Shown: positions 28,286 to 37,751 of the stretch, piece after piece
How the letters are laid out: every line of letters starts with the position of its first letter
How positions within the stretch are numbered: the first letter of the stretch is position 1
Assembly: GCA_964635275.1 (NCBI GenBank)
Contig: CAZWPN010000001.1
Coordinates: forward strand, 4,149 to 68,148
From: an uncultured Victivallales bacterium
Lineage (GTDB): Bacteria; Verrucomicrobiota; Kiritimatiellia; UBA8416; CAZWPN01
Direction: 5' to 3'
Length of the DNA: 64,000 nucleotides
Made by a program: the position numbers and the translations under genes
The notes under the pieces: generated by a model
The model's input: the letters and a program-made list of their open reading frames with translations, nothing else
The model's database searches: none
What the model was told of the DNA's origin: nothing

Positions 28286-29317
28286 CTAATGTAACAAACC
28301 GGCAACGCTTCTCATCATGCCGCCAAATGGACCTATTTCCGCCTTGAATACCGGAAGCGGCCAGTCTTGCACATGAATCCGATGCAGTTCAAACAGATTG
28401 GAAGGAGGACACGGATTCGTCTTCCCCCCCACAAGACATGCATACCTGTAGCTGGCACCTTTCGCCAACTCCGTCATCCATGGCTCAAAGCTGGCGCTCG
28501 GATAGGAAAATCCATGCACAGCTCTGCGCAAATGCCGTTCAATCTCCAGCCTGGAATGCCGCAGCTCGTGTTCAACCCGACTTGGAGACAGTTGCGCAAG
28601 CTGGGGATGCGTCAACGTGTGCGACCCAATCTCCATGAGATGCTCAGGCATTCGTTCGACATGTTCACGGGTTAGCATAAGCCCATCGGCCACATCAGTC
28701 CCGGCGCGCTCTCCAGCCGCATGCTCCATCCGCTCGACGGCGGCAAGCAGTTCATCGTCTGGCAGCCGCTTCAACAGGTTCCACATCGAATGAACAGCCT
28801 CTCTGCGGGACACATCCCCGCCCACGGCAAATTCGTACACTCCATTCCGAAACTCAAGACTGAGTCGCTGCTTGCTGGTATGTCGGACTGCATGCTCGAC
28901 ACGATCGGTCCAAAGGACATCCGTACTGCCGGCAACCGATCCTGTCACATAGACGGATGCCGACGCGCCATGCCGTTCAAGAATTGGCGCCGCCTTCTCG
29001 GCAACGTCGGAATAGCCGTCGTCGAAAGTCACGGCCAGAACCTTAGGCGGCAACGGCACCCCGGCGTTCACCCGATCGACAATGTCGCAGAGCCTCATGA
29101 CGCTGAAGCGGCTGGCAACGTAGCCCATATGTGCATCGAAGTTCTCCGGCGAGACACACGGCCCGTAGGTCAGCGAAGGGGCATTCACCCGATGGTATGC
29201 GAGGATGTAAAGCTTCCGCGCGGCGTCGTAACTGAGAAGCCTGTCGGCAAGACCTGAAACACCGACGCAGCGACAAAGCGCCCGGTGAATAACATGAAGA
29301 ATCATTCGCCTGCTCAT
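28286..29317 (-). CDS. Polysaccharide deacetylase (CE4/NodB-homology) family; ArnD-like deformylase/deacetylase candidate.
   Basis: LAVTFDDGYSDV motif; ...IGSHTLTHP. Confidence 0.75.
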   Translation of the reverse strand: MSRRMILHVIHRALCRCVGVSGLADRLLSYDAARKLYILAYHRVNAPSLTYGPCVSPENFDAHMGYVASRFSVMRLCDIVDRVNAGVPLPPKVLAVTFDDGYSDVAEKAAPILERHGASASVYVTGSVAGSTDVLWTDRVEHAVRHTSKQRLSLEFRNGVYEFAVGGDVSRREAVHSMWNLLKRLPDDELLAAVERMEHAAGERAGTDVADGLMLTREHVERMPEHLMEIGSHTLTHPQLAQLSPSRVEHELRHSRLEIERHLRRAVHGFSYPSASFEPWMTELAKGASYRYACLVGGKTNPCPPSNLFELHRIHVQDWPLPVFKAEIGPFGGMMRSVAGLLH

Positions 29318-30141
29318 GGGACCGTCTTCACTTCATCAATAGCGCCTCGGCCAACGCGCTCCAGATAACGCGAGATAAGCCCATCGGCCAGACGCCTATT
29401 CATCTCCAACCGTCTGGCGAGGGTGAAATCGCGCGACAAGTACAGTTTTCCATCACACCATTGCGGAACACCGGGAAGCTTGCCGTTCTTGAAACCCGTC
29501 ACAGTTCTAGCCATCAGCTCCGTCCCAAGCGCAATAACCTTGCACTCCAACGTATGCAGGTTGTCGTCCTCGCAAATGGAAGGTCGCGCCGTCCTGATGA
29601 TATGACCGGAGTCTATCCCTGGATCGATGTAATGTATTGTCACACCAACATGCTGGGGCGCCTCGTTGTAAAGCGCGAAGAAAGTCGAATGCCCTCCCCG
29701 GTAGTACGGAGAGAGCCCCGTATGAATATTGACGGCAGCAAGCCGGGGCACTGAGATCAGGGGGGCACGCAGCAAACTGGTTCCAAACACCACCAGGAGA
29801 TCGGGCGAGAGCCTGGTGGCAAGCTCGACGGTTTCCGGTGAGTTTATGTCCTGAGTAACTACGACAGAATGGGCTCTGATTGCCGACGGCAGAACTGTTC
29901 CGAACCACTTGGCGTGTGTCCTGCTCTCTTCAGCCTCATCTGACCTGAGCATCGACTTCCTGACCAGATTGGCCATAAGGGTAAGGGGGCGGCGGCGGCT
30001 GCCGCGCCACAGCCTACCCAACCTGTCTGCGGCAGAATAGCGCTGCTCAACAATCACTCCGGCGATCTCATTCTCTGCCGCCAATCTCTCAACAAAGCGT
30101 GTTTGCCTCGCCTCATCTGCTGTCAGTATCAGCAAACGCAT
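29314..30141 (-). CDS. Formyltransferase (Fmt/ArnA N-terminal domain family).
   Basis: MRLLILTAD...VFGTSLLRAPLI...AVNIHTGLSPYYRGGHSTFFALYN (N10-formyl-THF formyltransferase core with HxSLLPxxRG-like block). Confidence 0.75.
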   Translation of the reverse strand: MRLLILTADEARQTRFVERLAAENEIAGVIVEQRYSAADRLGRLWRGSRRRPLTLMANLVRKSMLRSDEAEESRTHAKWFGTVLPSAIRAHSVVVTQDINSPETVELATRLSPDLLVVFGTSLLRAPLISVPRLAAVNIHTGLSPYYRGGHSTFFALYNEAPQHVGVTIHYIDPGIDSGHIIRTARPSICEDDNLHTLECKVIALGTELMARTVTGFKNGKLPGVPQWCDGKLYLSRDFTLARRLEMNRRLADGLISRYLERVGRGAIDEVKTVP

Positions 30142-30381
30142 TGTCTTTCTCCGCCCGCGTGGTTCGCTGCATGGAGAAACCCGCCTAAATACAGACGGGA
30201 CGACGACGCGGCAGCGAATGGCCCTGGCTCTCTGATGATGCACTCAATAGCATTTACAGAAACAACCCTGTAGGCAACTTGGCACGCCTTGGACCATCGG
30301 AGAGCCAAGCACTCCGAACACTGAACGGTGTTGGCGCAAGATACGGCCCACGATTCCTTGCACAATGAGCAAACCATCCCG

Positions 30382-31251
30382 CTACCTCCCACGGGACCTT
30401 CCCCGACAGCCGCCAAGCAGTCCGTACGCATAACCAAGCGCGTAGACAAGATCGCCCAGGCCGCGAATGTAGCTTCCAGTCAGCAGACGCATGGATGTAC
30501 GAAAGGGATAGCCAATGATGCGGCGCCACAACGGGCGATGCAGCGATTCGCCCTTCCATTCCGTGTATTCCGCCGTATCATGGACCTCGCCGGGATTATG
30601 CAACTGCGCGTATGCCGAACCCCGCCCATTGCGCCAGAACATCTTCACAAGGTCCGCGACGCTGCCGGGCACAGGGTGTGACACCTTAAGGTCAGGCACC
30701 ATTACCACGCGATAACCCCTGTCCCGCAGCCTCCTGCGAAGTACCGGGTCGAGACCTCTGACAATGTCCTCAGGTTCACGGCCTATCTCCTTGAAAACTT
30801 CCCGGCGAAAGACGCAGCAACCGTGACAAGCCATGTCGCTATCGGTAATCCTGTCGGCAACCGGCATGTTGAAACGCGGGAATTCGCGCGCCACCCTGCG
30901 CTGGAAAGGAGTCGCGTCTGTCGGCTGGACTATTGCCGCCCCTGCCATGCCGATCCCTGGGTCGTCGCGAACGACGTTCATCAGCTTGCTGATCATATCT
31001 ACGTCGGCCACGCGCGAATCATCATCCAGGATGATGATAGCCTCTCCGACCGCCCGATCGGCGGCAATATTGATCGCCTTCCCTTGCGGACTAACACCCA
31101 CAACCATGATGATCTCGAACTCCCTGAATCGCTGTGCCTTAAGGTCGCGCAACAGGAGAGCCACATTGCCGTTGCGGTCTCCATCCGACGAAGGAATAAG
31201 GATGGATGCCACTACATTCCCTTCAGAGACAACTTCGTGGACAATCTTCAT
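30382..31251 (-). CDS. GT2 glycosyltransferase, polyprenyl-phosphate sugar transferase-like (ArnC/DPM1-like).
   Basis: VASILIPSSDGDRN...EIIMVVGVSPQG...IIILDDDS. Confidence 0.65.
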   Translation of the reverse strand: MKIVHEVVSEGNVVASILIPSSDGDRNGNVALLLRDLKAQRFREFEIIMVVGVSPQGKAINIAADRAVGEAIIILDDDSRVADVDMISKLMNVVRDDPGIGMAGAAIVQPTDATPFQRRVAREFPRFNMPVADRITDSDMACHGCCVFRREVFKEIGREPEDIVRGLDPVLRRRLRDRGYRVVMVPDLKVSHPVPGSVADLVKMFWRNGRGSAYAQLHNPGEVHDTAEYTEWKGESLHRPLWRRIIGYPFRTSMRLLTGSYIRGLGDLVYALGYAYGLLGGCRGRSRGR

Positions 31252-32195
31252 CGCTTGATTCCCTCAAGCAAATTGCCCCCGCGTATCGCCTCAACAACAC
31301 GTTCGGAAGTCAACTGCTTCATGCACGGGTAGTCGTCCGGGATGTCCGAAGTGATCCCAAGCGGGCAGATTCCGGGCGTTCCCATGCGACCGACAGTCCA
31401 GCATCCCTGGCAGGCAACCGGGGATAGCACCGCGTGCATGTTCTTGCGGCGCCCGAAAGCACTTTCCACGTCCACGGGGCCACAGAGCACGAGAGTCGGA
31501 ATCCCGACCGCTGCCGCCAGGTGTGCCAAACCGGAATCGGGACCCATATAGAGCCGACACCGCGAAATCGCGTATGCCGTTTCCGCAATGCTCAGTTTGT
31601 CAGTATAGTCCTGGCCCACGCCGGCCCGCTCACAGTCTTTCCCGACCTCCACAAAGGCAACGTCACCTGCAAATTCCCGGATGGCGGCGCAGGTATCGCG
31701 CAAGTGCTTGGCCGGCCAACTCTTGCATTTCCAACCGGCGCCGCACGAGCAAGCCACCACCAGACCGGCCTTTGGCAACGCCCGTCTCAGGGCGTCATTC
31801 TCCTCGATACGAACCTCCGGTTCGATGTGGCGATATGGCACTCCATGCGCCCTACAGAGATGTTCCAACCGCGACACGCTGCGCGCGTCATCCTTGGCAA
31901 AGATGTACCGGTCACAATCGAATTCGCTCAGATCACTCCTGACCTGTACGTGAGAATTCCCGTGCAGCAACTCCGGGTAGTTGACCGACACAGTTATCTG
32001 TGCCGTCGGATACCGGGCTCGGACCAGTTCATAGAACGGTATCGCCAGGACCTCGTCGCCCAGCCGCCACTTGTTCTCGATGTGAACGTGCAGTTCCAGT
32101 CCCAACAGAGTCTTTGCCGAGCACCTTGCGCCGCGCAAGCAACGCCTCGCCACTCTACCCAAACGACTCGGTATCCGCCCCAGCCCGACAAGCAT
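31248..32195 (-). CDS. GT9-family glycosyltransferase (heptosyltransferase-like).
   Basis: YMGPDSGLAHLAAAVGIPTLVLCGP, the diagnostic GT9 C-terminal motif. Confidence 0.8.
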   Translation of the reverse strand: MLVGLGRIPSRLGRVARRCLRGARCSAKTLLGLELHVHIENKWRLGDEVLAIPFYELVRARYPTAQITVSVNYPELLHGNSHVQVRSDLSEFDCDRYIFAKDDARSVSRLEHLCRAHGVPYRHIEPEVRIEENDALRRALPKAGLVVACSCGAGWKCKSWPAKHLRDTCAAIREFAGDVAFVEVGKDCERAGVGQDYTDKLSIAETAYAISRCRLYMGPDSGLAHLAAAVGIPTLVLCGPVDVESAFGRRKNMHAVLSPVACQGCWTVGRMGTPGICPLGITSDIPDDYPCMKQLTSERVVEAIRGGNLLEGIKR

Positions 32196-32217
32196 ATGCT
32201 ATTCAAACTCCCCTGAC

Positions 32218-34146
32218 TTGCCACGGACGCAAGCGGGCTGTATTGTAACAGAGATGTGCGGCAAGTCATCCACTAACTGGGCATTTGACATGGCCTTGCC
32301 GGCGGCCTTTGCCCTGTGCGCATGGGGTTTCGGCGGCGAAGACTACCGCTTTTCAGGCGCCGCTCTCGCGGTGCTATTCTCCGTTGCGGCCATTACCGTG
32401 CTTTGCACAATGCGCGGCCGTGAAGAACTTGACCTCCCTCGACTGCGTTGCCTTCTTCCTGCAGCCTGCCTCATGGCTCTGGCTGTCGCCATGACAATCT
32501 TCTCCGTGAACCGGTTCGCTTCCCTCGTAGGCATCGTGCATACAGGCGCCCTGGCGGTTGCATTCCTGATGGTTGCTTCCGCGCCGGCAAGAAGTGCGCA
32601 CCGCATCCTGGCGGCGTGCGTCACGGTAGTAGGCATGCTTTCAGTCTACGGCTTCATGCAGTCCGTTGGTTTCTTCGAAAGCGGCTACTGGTATAATGGC
32701 CAGTTTGCCTCCCGGTTCGTCAACAGCGCACACTTCGGCGCCATGGTGGCCGTGGCAATAGTCGTTGGGGTTGGTCTAGCGCCATGCCTCAAGGGAGCGT
32801 GGCGTTTCGCCGTGCTGGCCTCCATCCCCGCAAACGCCGCCGCCATGCTGCAGACGAGGTCCCGGGCGGTATGGATACTAGCGGCGTTGGTCTACACATT
32901 TGTTTTCCTCTTCGCCGGCATTAGACTGCGCAGTCAGGAGAGAAGAACGGGGCGCTGGGTTCTCGCCGGCATGTTGCTTGCGGTACTATGTCTTGGCGCA
33001 GGGGGTTACCTGCTGCGCCACAGCATATCGGACCGCTTCGCTCAACTCGCGACGACGCAATTCCATGCGATCTTCCATCGGGCGGACATACTGCGGGACA
33101 GTGCGATGATGATCCGCGCCAACCCCATGGGCGTTGGCGCCGGGTGCTACGAGGATGCAATCCTCCGCTACAAGATTGGAGTGGACCGCAGCGTCGCAAA
33201 CCACGCGCACAACGAGGTGTTCGAAATAGTCGGCGAACTCGGCTGGGCCGCATTTCCCCTTCTAATCTGGCTCATCGTCGCAATCGGCAGGGATTTCCGG
33301 GCCGCTGCTTCACGGTGCGCTCCCAACTCCCTCTTGTTGGCGAGCGCGCTGGCGGCCGGACTTTCGATCTATGCCTTGCACAGTCTCGTTGATTTCCCGC
33401 TCCGTCTCATGGCGAACAGTCTCTTCGCTGCGTTCATCCTGGGAGCGCTTCTCAACAAAGAGTTCACGGGTGCCGAAGGCATGAGGACCTTGGCGGCAGG
33501 GCGGCTCGCGAAGCTGCTGCTGCCCGCACTGTGCGCCGCCCTGGCTGCGTTCTGCTGTCTGCAAGCGGCGTCTGCAATCTGGACGGCTTCGGCGGAATCG
33601 CACCTGTTGCGCCTTCGTATGGAGGATGCGCGCCAGGCGCTTGTGAAATCGTCGTTCTGGATGCCGCTGGATCCTCGGACGGCCTACCTGAGAGGCAACG
33701 CCGCCTACGCCATGTCGGCCATCGCGCCGGAACCGCGGAAGTCCGCGCTTAGATCTGAAGCCCTTGAGTGGTTGCGCCGGGCCGCCAGCATTGCTTCAAC
33801 TCATGCCGACACTCATCTGCGCCTTGCCTGGATTCGTGCCGATCTTGGACAGTCGAGGGATGCCATTGAATCTTTTCGCAAGGCCATAAGTTGCGATCCG
33901 AAACTAGGCATCTACCACTTCTATTACGCCGAGTACCTGCTGGCGCTCAAGCAATGGCACGAGGCGGCGAAGGAATACAGAACCGCATTGGAGACCTTCA
34001 ACGACAACAGCATAATAGGGGCGGAGAGTATTTTCAGGAAGATCCTCGTGCAGTCTGGAGACGAGGCAATTGCGGAAGAGGCATGCCCGTCCGAGCCAGG
34101 CTTCCGAGCCAGCCTCGAGAGGGTTTTGCGGGAGCGCAAGAAGTGA
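32218..34146 (+). CDS. O-antigen ligase/polymerase-family (Wzy_C/WaaL-like) membrane protein with a C-terminal TPR-repeat domain.
   Basis: About 10 TM helices; NHAHNEVFEIVGELGW (Wzy_C motif). The C-terminal ~200 aa have TPR-like repeats (AIESFRKAISCDPKLGIYHFYYAEYLLALKQWHEAAKEYRTALE). The real start is possibly at the internal ATG ~32254 or ~32290. Confidence 0.7.
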   Translation: MPRTQAGCIVTEMCGKSSTNWAFDMALPAAFALCAWGFGGEDYRFSGAALAVLFSVAAITVLCTMRGREELDLPRLRCLLPAACLMALAVAMTIFSVNRFASLVGIVHTGALAVAFLMVASAPARSAHRILAACVTVVGMLSVYGFMQSVGFFESGYWYNGQFASRFVNSAHFGAMVAVAIVVGVGLAPCLKGAWRFAVLASIPANAAAMLQTRSRAVWILAALVYTFVFLFAGIRLRSQERRTGRWVLAGMLLAVLCLGAGGYLLRHSISDRFAQLATTQFHAIFHRADILRDSAMMIRANPMGVGAGCYEDAILRYKIGVDRSVANHAHNEVFEIVGELGWAAFPLLIWLIVAIGRDFRAAASRCAPNSLLLASALAAGLSIYALHSLVDFPLRLMANSLFAAFILGALLNKEFTGAEGMRTLAAGRLAKLLLPALCAALAAFCCLQAASAIWTASAESHLLRLRMEDARQALVKSSFWMPLDPRTAYLRGNAAYAMSAIAPEPRKSALRSEALEWLRRAASIASTHADTHLRLAWIRADLGQSRDAIESFRKAISCDPKLGIYHFYYAEYLLALKQWHEAAKEYRTALETFNDNSIIGAESIFRKILVQSGDEAIAEEACPSEPGFRASLERVLRERKK

Positions 34147-35057
34147 GCGCGAAATCCAGACTTCTTGCCAAAAGACTCGCGTTGTACGCTCTGGCGGCCG
34201 TGGGCTACGCCCTGTGCCTTCCTCTCCTTAGACTGTTGCGTGTGCATTCCGGCCGGGAGCGGTTCAGGATCTTCAACTACCATAGCGTCAGTTCAATGCG
34301 CAAGCATGCCACAACGGTGACTTCGGAAGTATTCGCCAACCACATATCGCTCATCCGAGACAGGGCCACCATCGTAGGCATGGACGATATTCTGGAATCG
34401 GTCAGGGGCGACGCATTGCTGGCGCCAAACGCCGTAGCGATCACCCTCGACGACGGGTACGCGGATAACCTTTACGGCGCACTCCCCGTTTTCATGCGCT
34501 ACAGGGTCCCGGCAGTGTGCTTTGTGACCGTGGCATTCATCGGAACCGACAAACTGCTGCCGCACGACGCCGCCGACACCGTTGAAGCAGCCCGTCTTCT
34601 TTCGTGGGCCGAGGTCCGCAAACTTGAAGACGGCGGTGTGGAGATAGGATCGCACGGACTGACGCACATCCGGCTATCGAAGGCGCCATCCCCCACCGTT
34701 CATACAGAGGAAATACGGAGAAGTTACGACATACTGAGCAGTCGTCTCCACAAACCGCCAAGGTGCATCGCCTTCCCATTCGGACAAAAGGGAGACTACA
34801 CGCCCGAGACGCTTAAAGAGTCGAAAGAAGCAGGTTACCTTTGCGCCTTTTCAGCGCAGTACGGATGGAATTGCGGAAGATCCAACCCATACGAACTCCG
34901 TAGAATCGGCATCGACGGCAGCGACACTCTCTTCACGCTCAGGGCAAAACTGAACGGCGCTCTGGATCTCTTGAGTGTCACGCGGACCAGGCCGGTCCGA
35001 GCCATCATTGCCTGGGTAAACACGTTGACCAAACGGTGCATCAGATGCGAGTACTAA
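34143..35057 (+). CDS. Polysaccharide deacetylase (CE4) family protein; second copy.
   Basis: NAVAITLDDGYADN; ...IGSHGLTHI. The GTG start overlaps the ligase TGA (GTGA). Confidence 0.75.
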   Translation: MSAKSRLLAKRLALYALAAVGYALCLPLLRLLRVHSGRERFRIFNYHSVSSMRKHATTVTSEVFANHISLIRDRATIVGMDDILESVRGDALLAPNAVAITLDDGYADNLYGALPVFMRYRVPAVCFVTVAFIGTDKLLPHDAADTVEAARLLSWAEVRKLEDGGVEIGSHGLTHIRLSKAPSPTVHTEEIRRSYDILSSRLHKPPRCIAFPFGQKGDYTPETLKESKEAGYLCAFSAQYGWNCGRSNPYELRRIGIDGSDTLFTLRAKLNGALDLLSVTRTRPVRAIIAWVNTLTKRCIRCEY

Positions 35058-36172
35058 TGGTTACGGTCGATTTCATCCCGCACAGCGACGGGGTGAGCAC
35101 TCTAAGCTACAACTACGCCAGAAGACTGGCGGAACTCGGACACGAGGTGGAAGTCGTCGGCCCGAAATCCGAAGGACAGGAAGATGCCGACAGCAAAGCG
35201 CCCTACACTATTCGAAGGTTTCCTGGCTACCACCTTGGCCCCCTTCGATTTATCCCATTTGCGGCACACGTTATACGAGCCATTCGAGAGCGGAAACCAG
35301 ACGTACTCATGGCGATGAACATCGGATACGGCGGGATTCTATCCCTGTTTCATCCGACTGCACGGCGCATTCCCGTCATTGTAATGGCCTATGGCTTGGA
35401 GTTCAGGAAGTTCCGGAACAACCCCGTTTTCTCGGCGCTCTACCGTCACATCTACAAGAGGAGCGTCCTCGTCATCGCAGTCAGCAACTACACCAGAAGT
35501 GAACTTCTCGAGCTTGGAGCTCCGGCGGAACGTGTGAAGATGGTCTACCCGGGAACATTCAAGCCGGCCCAGATGCATGAATCCGCCCCGCCGGCGCCCA
35601 GAGCAGGCAAGCCCGTCATCGGCACATGCGGCCGTCTGATACGTCGCAAAGGCCACGATATCGTGATCCGCGCACTTCCAATGGTTATAGCGACTCACCC
35701 CGGAATCGAATACGTTATCGTCGGTAAAGGCCCGGAAGCGGATAACCTCCGCGCTCTGGCCATCTCACTCGGAGTCGAAAAACATGTCACATTCCTCGGG
35801 GAGGTACCAGCCGACGAACTACCGTCATTCCTGAAATCCCTCGATGTGTTTGTCATGCCCAGCAGAAACGACCGAATGACAGGACATGTGGAGGGATTCG
35901 GCATCGTCTATCTGGAGGCTGCCGTATACGGTGTGCCTTCCATCGGCACGACCACCGGCGGAATCCCGGAAGCCATCGTGGATGGTGAGACAGGAATGCT
36001 TGTTCCTGACGAATCGCCAGCCGCCCTGGGGACTGTCCTGTCCGATCTCCTTAAGCGCCCTGCCGAAGTCTGTCGTCTAGGGCAGAACGCCAAACACAGG
36101 GCTGAGACCGAATTCCTGTGGGACCATCAGGTCGATCGCTTTAACACCATGCTCTTGAACGCAGGAAAGTGA
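35045..36172 (+). CDS. GT4-family glycosyltransferase.
   Basis: MRVLMVTVDFIPHSDGVS...VEGFGIVYLEAAVYGVPSIGTTTGG. Confidence 0.8.
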   Translation: MRVLMVTVDFIPHSDGVSTLSYNYARRLAELGHEVEVVGPKSEGQEDADSKAPYTIRRFPGYHLGPLRFIPFAAHVIRAIRERKPDVLMAMNIGYGGILSLFHPTARRIPVIVMAYGLEFRKFRNNPVFSALYRHIYKRSVLVIAVSNYTRSELLELGAPAERVKMVYPGTFKPAQMHESAPPAPRAGKPVIGTCGRLIRRKGHDIVIRALPMVIATHPGIEYVIVGKGPEADNLRALAISLGVEKHVTFLGEVPADELPSFLKSLDVFVMPSRNDRMTGHVEGFGIVYLEAAVYGVPSIGTTTGGIPEAIVDGETGMLVPDESPAALGTVLSDLLKRPAEVCRLGQNAKHRAETEFLWDHQVDRFNTMLLNAGK

Positions 36173-36184
36173 GAGGACTGCCGA

Positions 36185-37030
36185 ATGGAATCCACAGCAA
36201 CACAGCGACAAGACGGAGCTGGTCAGACAGCCATCCCGCGGTTGAAAGTTGCCATTGTCACCAGGACAGGACGGCCATCCGGGGCCAGATTCGCCATGGC
36301 CGTGGGACAAAGTGGACATCAGATCAGCGGCATCATCGCCGAGAAGCGATCCGCCATGCTCTGGCGGGCTATACGCCGCCTCGGGATTGGGGGCTTTCTG
36401 AGGAAATACCCGCATGCCTGGCTTGCAGCACGCATCAGCAATACAATTCAAACCATACTCGGTCGGCGGATCTCAGGAAATAGTAATGTCCTCGCGGCAT
36501 GCCCATCGGCGGCTGATACAGCAAAACGGTTCTCGGCCCCCTATGCGGAGGTCAGCGACTTGAACTCCTCGGATTCCCTCGCGATACTAAAGCGGTGGAA
36601 CCCTGACGTCCTTGTTGTCGCAAATGCTCCGGTACTCAAGGATCATGTGATGGGCACTGCACGACTGGGAGGAATCAATTTCCATTCCGGCCACTTGCCG
36701 GAATACGGCGGAGTGGCCTCCGAATTCTGGGCCATGTTCGATGGAAACACCACAGCCTGGGCCACACTGCACCAAGTGTTACCTACACTGGATTCAGGGG
36801 ACATCCTCGCCGAGGAGCCTGTGCCTATAGATGCATCAGACACGCCGGAAACGCTTCACGAGCGCTGCGTTGCAAGGGGCGTGTCAATGATAGGAGCGGT
36901 TCTGGACACCATGGCATCCGGATCTTGTAGGCCGGTCAGGTCCCCTGGTCCGGCTGTTCTGCGGAAATGGCCGTCGTCGCAGGAGCACAGCGCTCTATTA
37001 CGCAGGCTGCATGCCACCGTCATCACATGA
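36185..37030 (+). CDS. Formyltransferase-family protein; second copy, Formyl_trans_N-like.
   Basis: LKVAIVTRTGRPSG...DVLVVANAPVLKDHVM...GINFHSGHLPEYGG. Confidence 0.6.
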   Translation: MESTATQRQDGAGQTAIPRLKVAIVTRTGRPSGARFAMAVGQSGHQISGIIAEKRSAMLWRAIRRLGIGGFLRKYPHAWLAARISNTIQTILGRRISGNSNVLAACPSAADTAKRFSAPYAEVSDLNSSDSLAILKRWNPDVLVVANAPVLKDHVMGTARLGGINFHSGHLPEYGGVASEFWAMFDGNTTAWATLHQVLPTLDSGDILAEEPVPIDASDTPETLHERCVARGVSMIGAVLDTMASGSCRPVRSPGPAVLRKWPSSQEHSALLRRLHATVIT

Positions 37031-37751
37031 CGAATCGGTAACAGCAAAACGCTTCCGCCGCATCGACGCAGATTTCATGGCCATGCACAGCCATCTGATG
37101 TTCCAGCATCGACAGGCTGAGATAGTGCGGCGGCTGACGCAACTGTGACACATGGCACTTCATGGCCTCTCTCTTAATCTCGACATAGTCCGAGATATCG
37201 ACGTACAGATTAGGGTGAAACTTGTCCTGCTCGACATTCCAGAAATGGGTCGGACTGTCGTAGGCCACGACGATTCGTGGATAGTCGCAACCATTCTGCG
37301 TATGCGGTCGGCACGCCGTGAACCCTGCCCGAAAGACCGCCTCGTGATCCTGATTGTAGGATATTGACGGAAGCGCAACCATCGTCGGCCTAAAATGATC
37401 CATCCCGAGACGACTGCGACGGCAAATGGCATCGATCAGATCCCGCCGCCCCATCTTGTCAAGCCGAAGGTGCGTTTCTTCGTCCTCATATAAGATTTCT
37501 GCGTCGTCAACATTCATAGCCTTCATCCCGTCAAAGAATTCCTGGCGTCTAGTGCGAGCCGTAATCAAGGATGCAGCAGTGTCATACTGTACAAGGTTCG
37601 CAATCGTGACGCAGATCACGTTCACCTTGCCGCCATGGGCCTTGACCTTGGCGATTGTGCCGGCGCAGCCGAACACTTCGTCATCAGCATGCGGAGTCAC
37701 AACCAACAACCGTTGCTTCGCCCAAAACTCATCTGGCAGCAGATGCATCAT
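37023..37751 (-). CDS. PIG-L/LmbE-family N-acetylglucosaminyl deacetylase.
   Basis: RLLVVTPHADDEVFGCAGT (HPDDE-type motif). Confidence 0.8.
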   Translation of the reverse strand: MMHLLPDEFWAKQRLLVVTPHADDEVFGCAGTIAKVKAHGGKVNVICVTIANLVQYDTAASLITARTRRQEFFDGMKAMNVDDAEILYEDEETHLRLDKMGRRDLIDAICRRSRLGMDHFRPTMVALPSISYNQDHEAVFRAGFTACRPHTQNGCDYPRIVVAYDSPTHFWNVEQDKFHPNLYVDISDYVEIKREAMKCHVSQLRQPPHYLSLSMLEHQMAVHGHEICVDAAEAFCCYRFVM

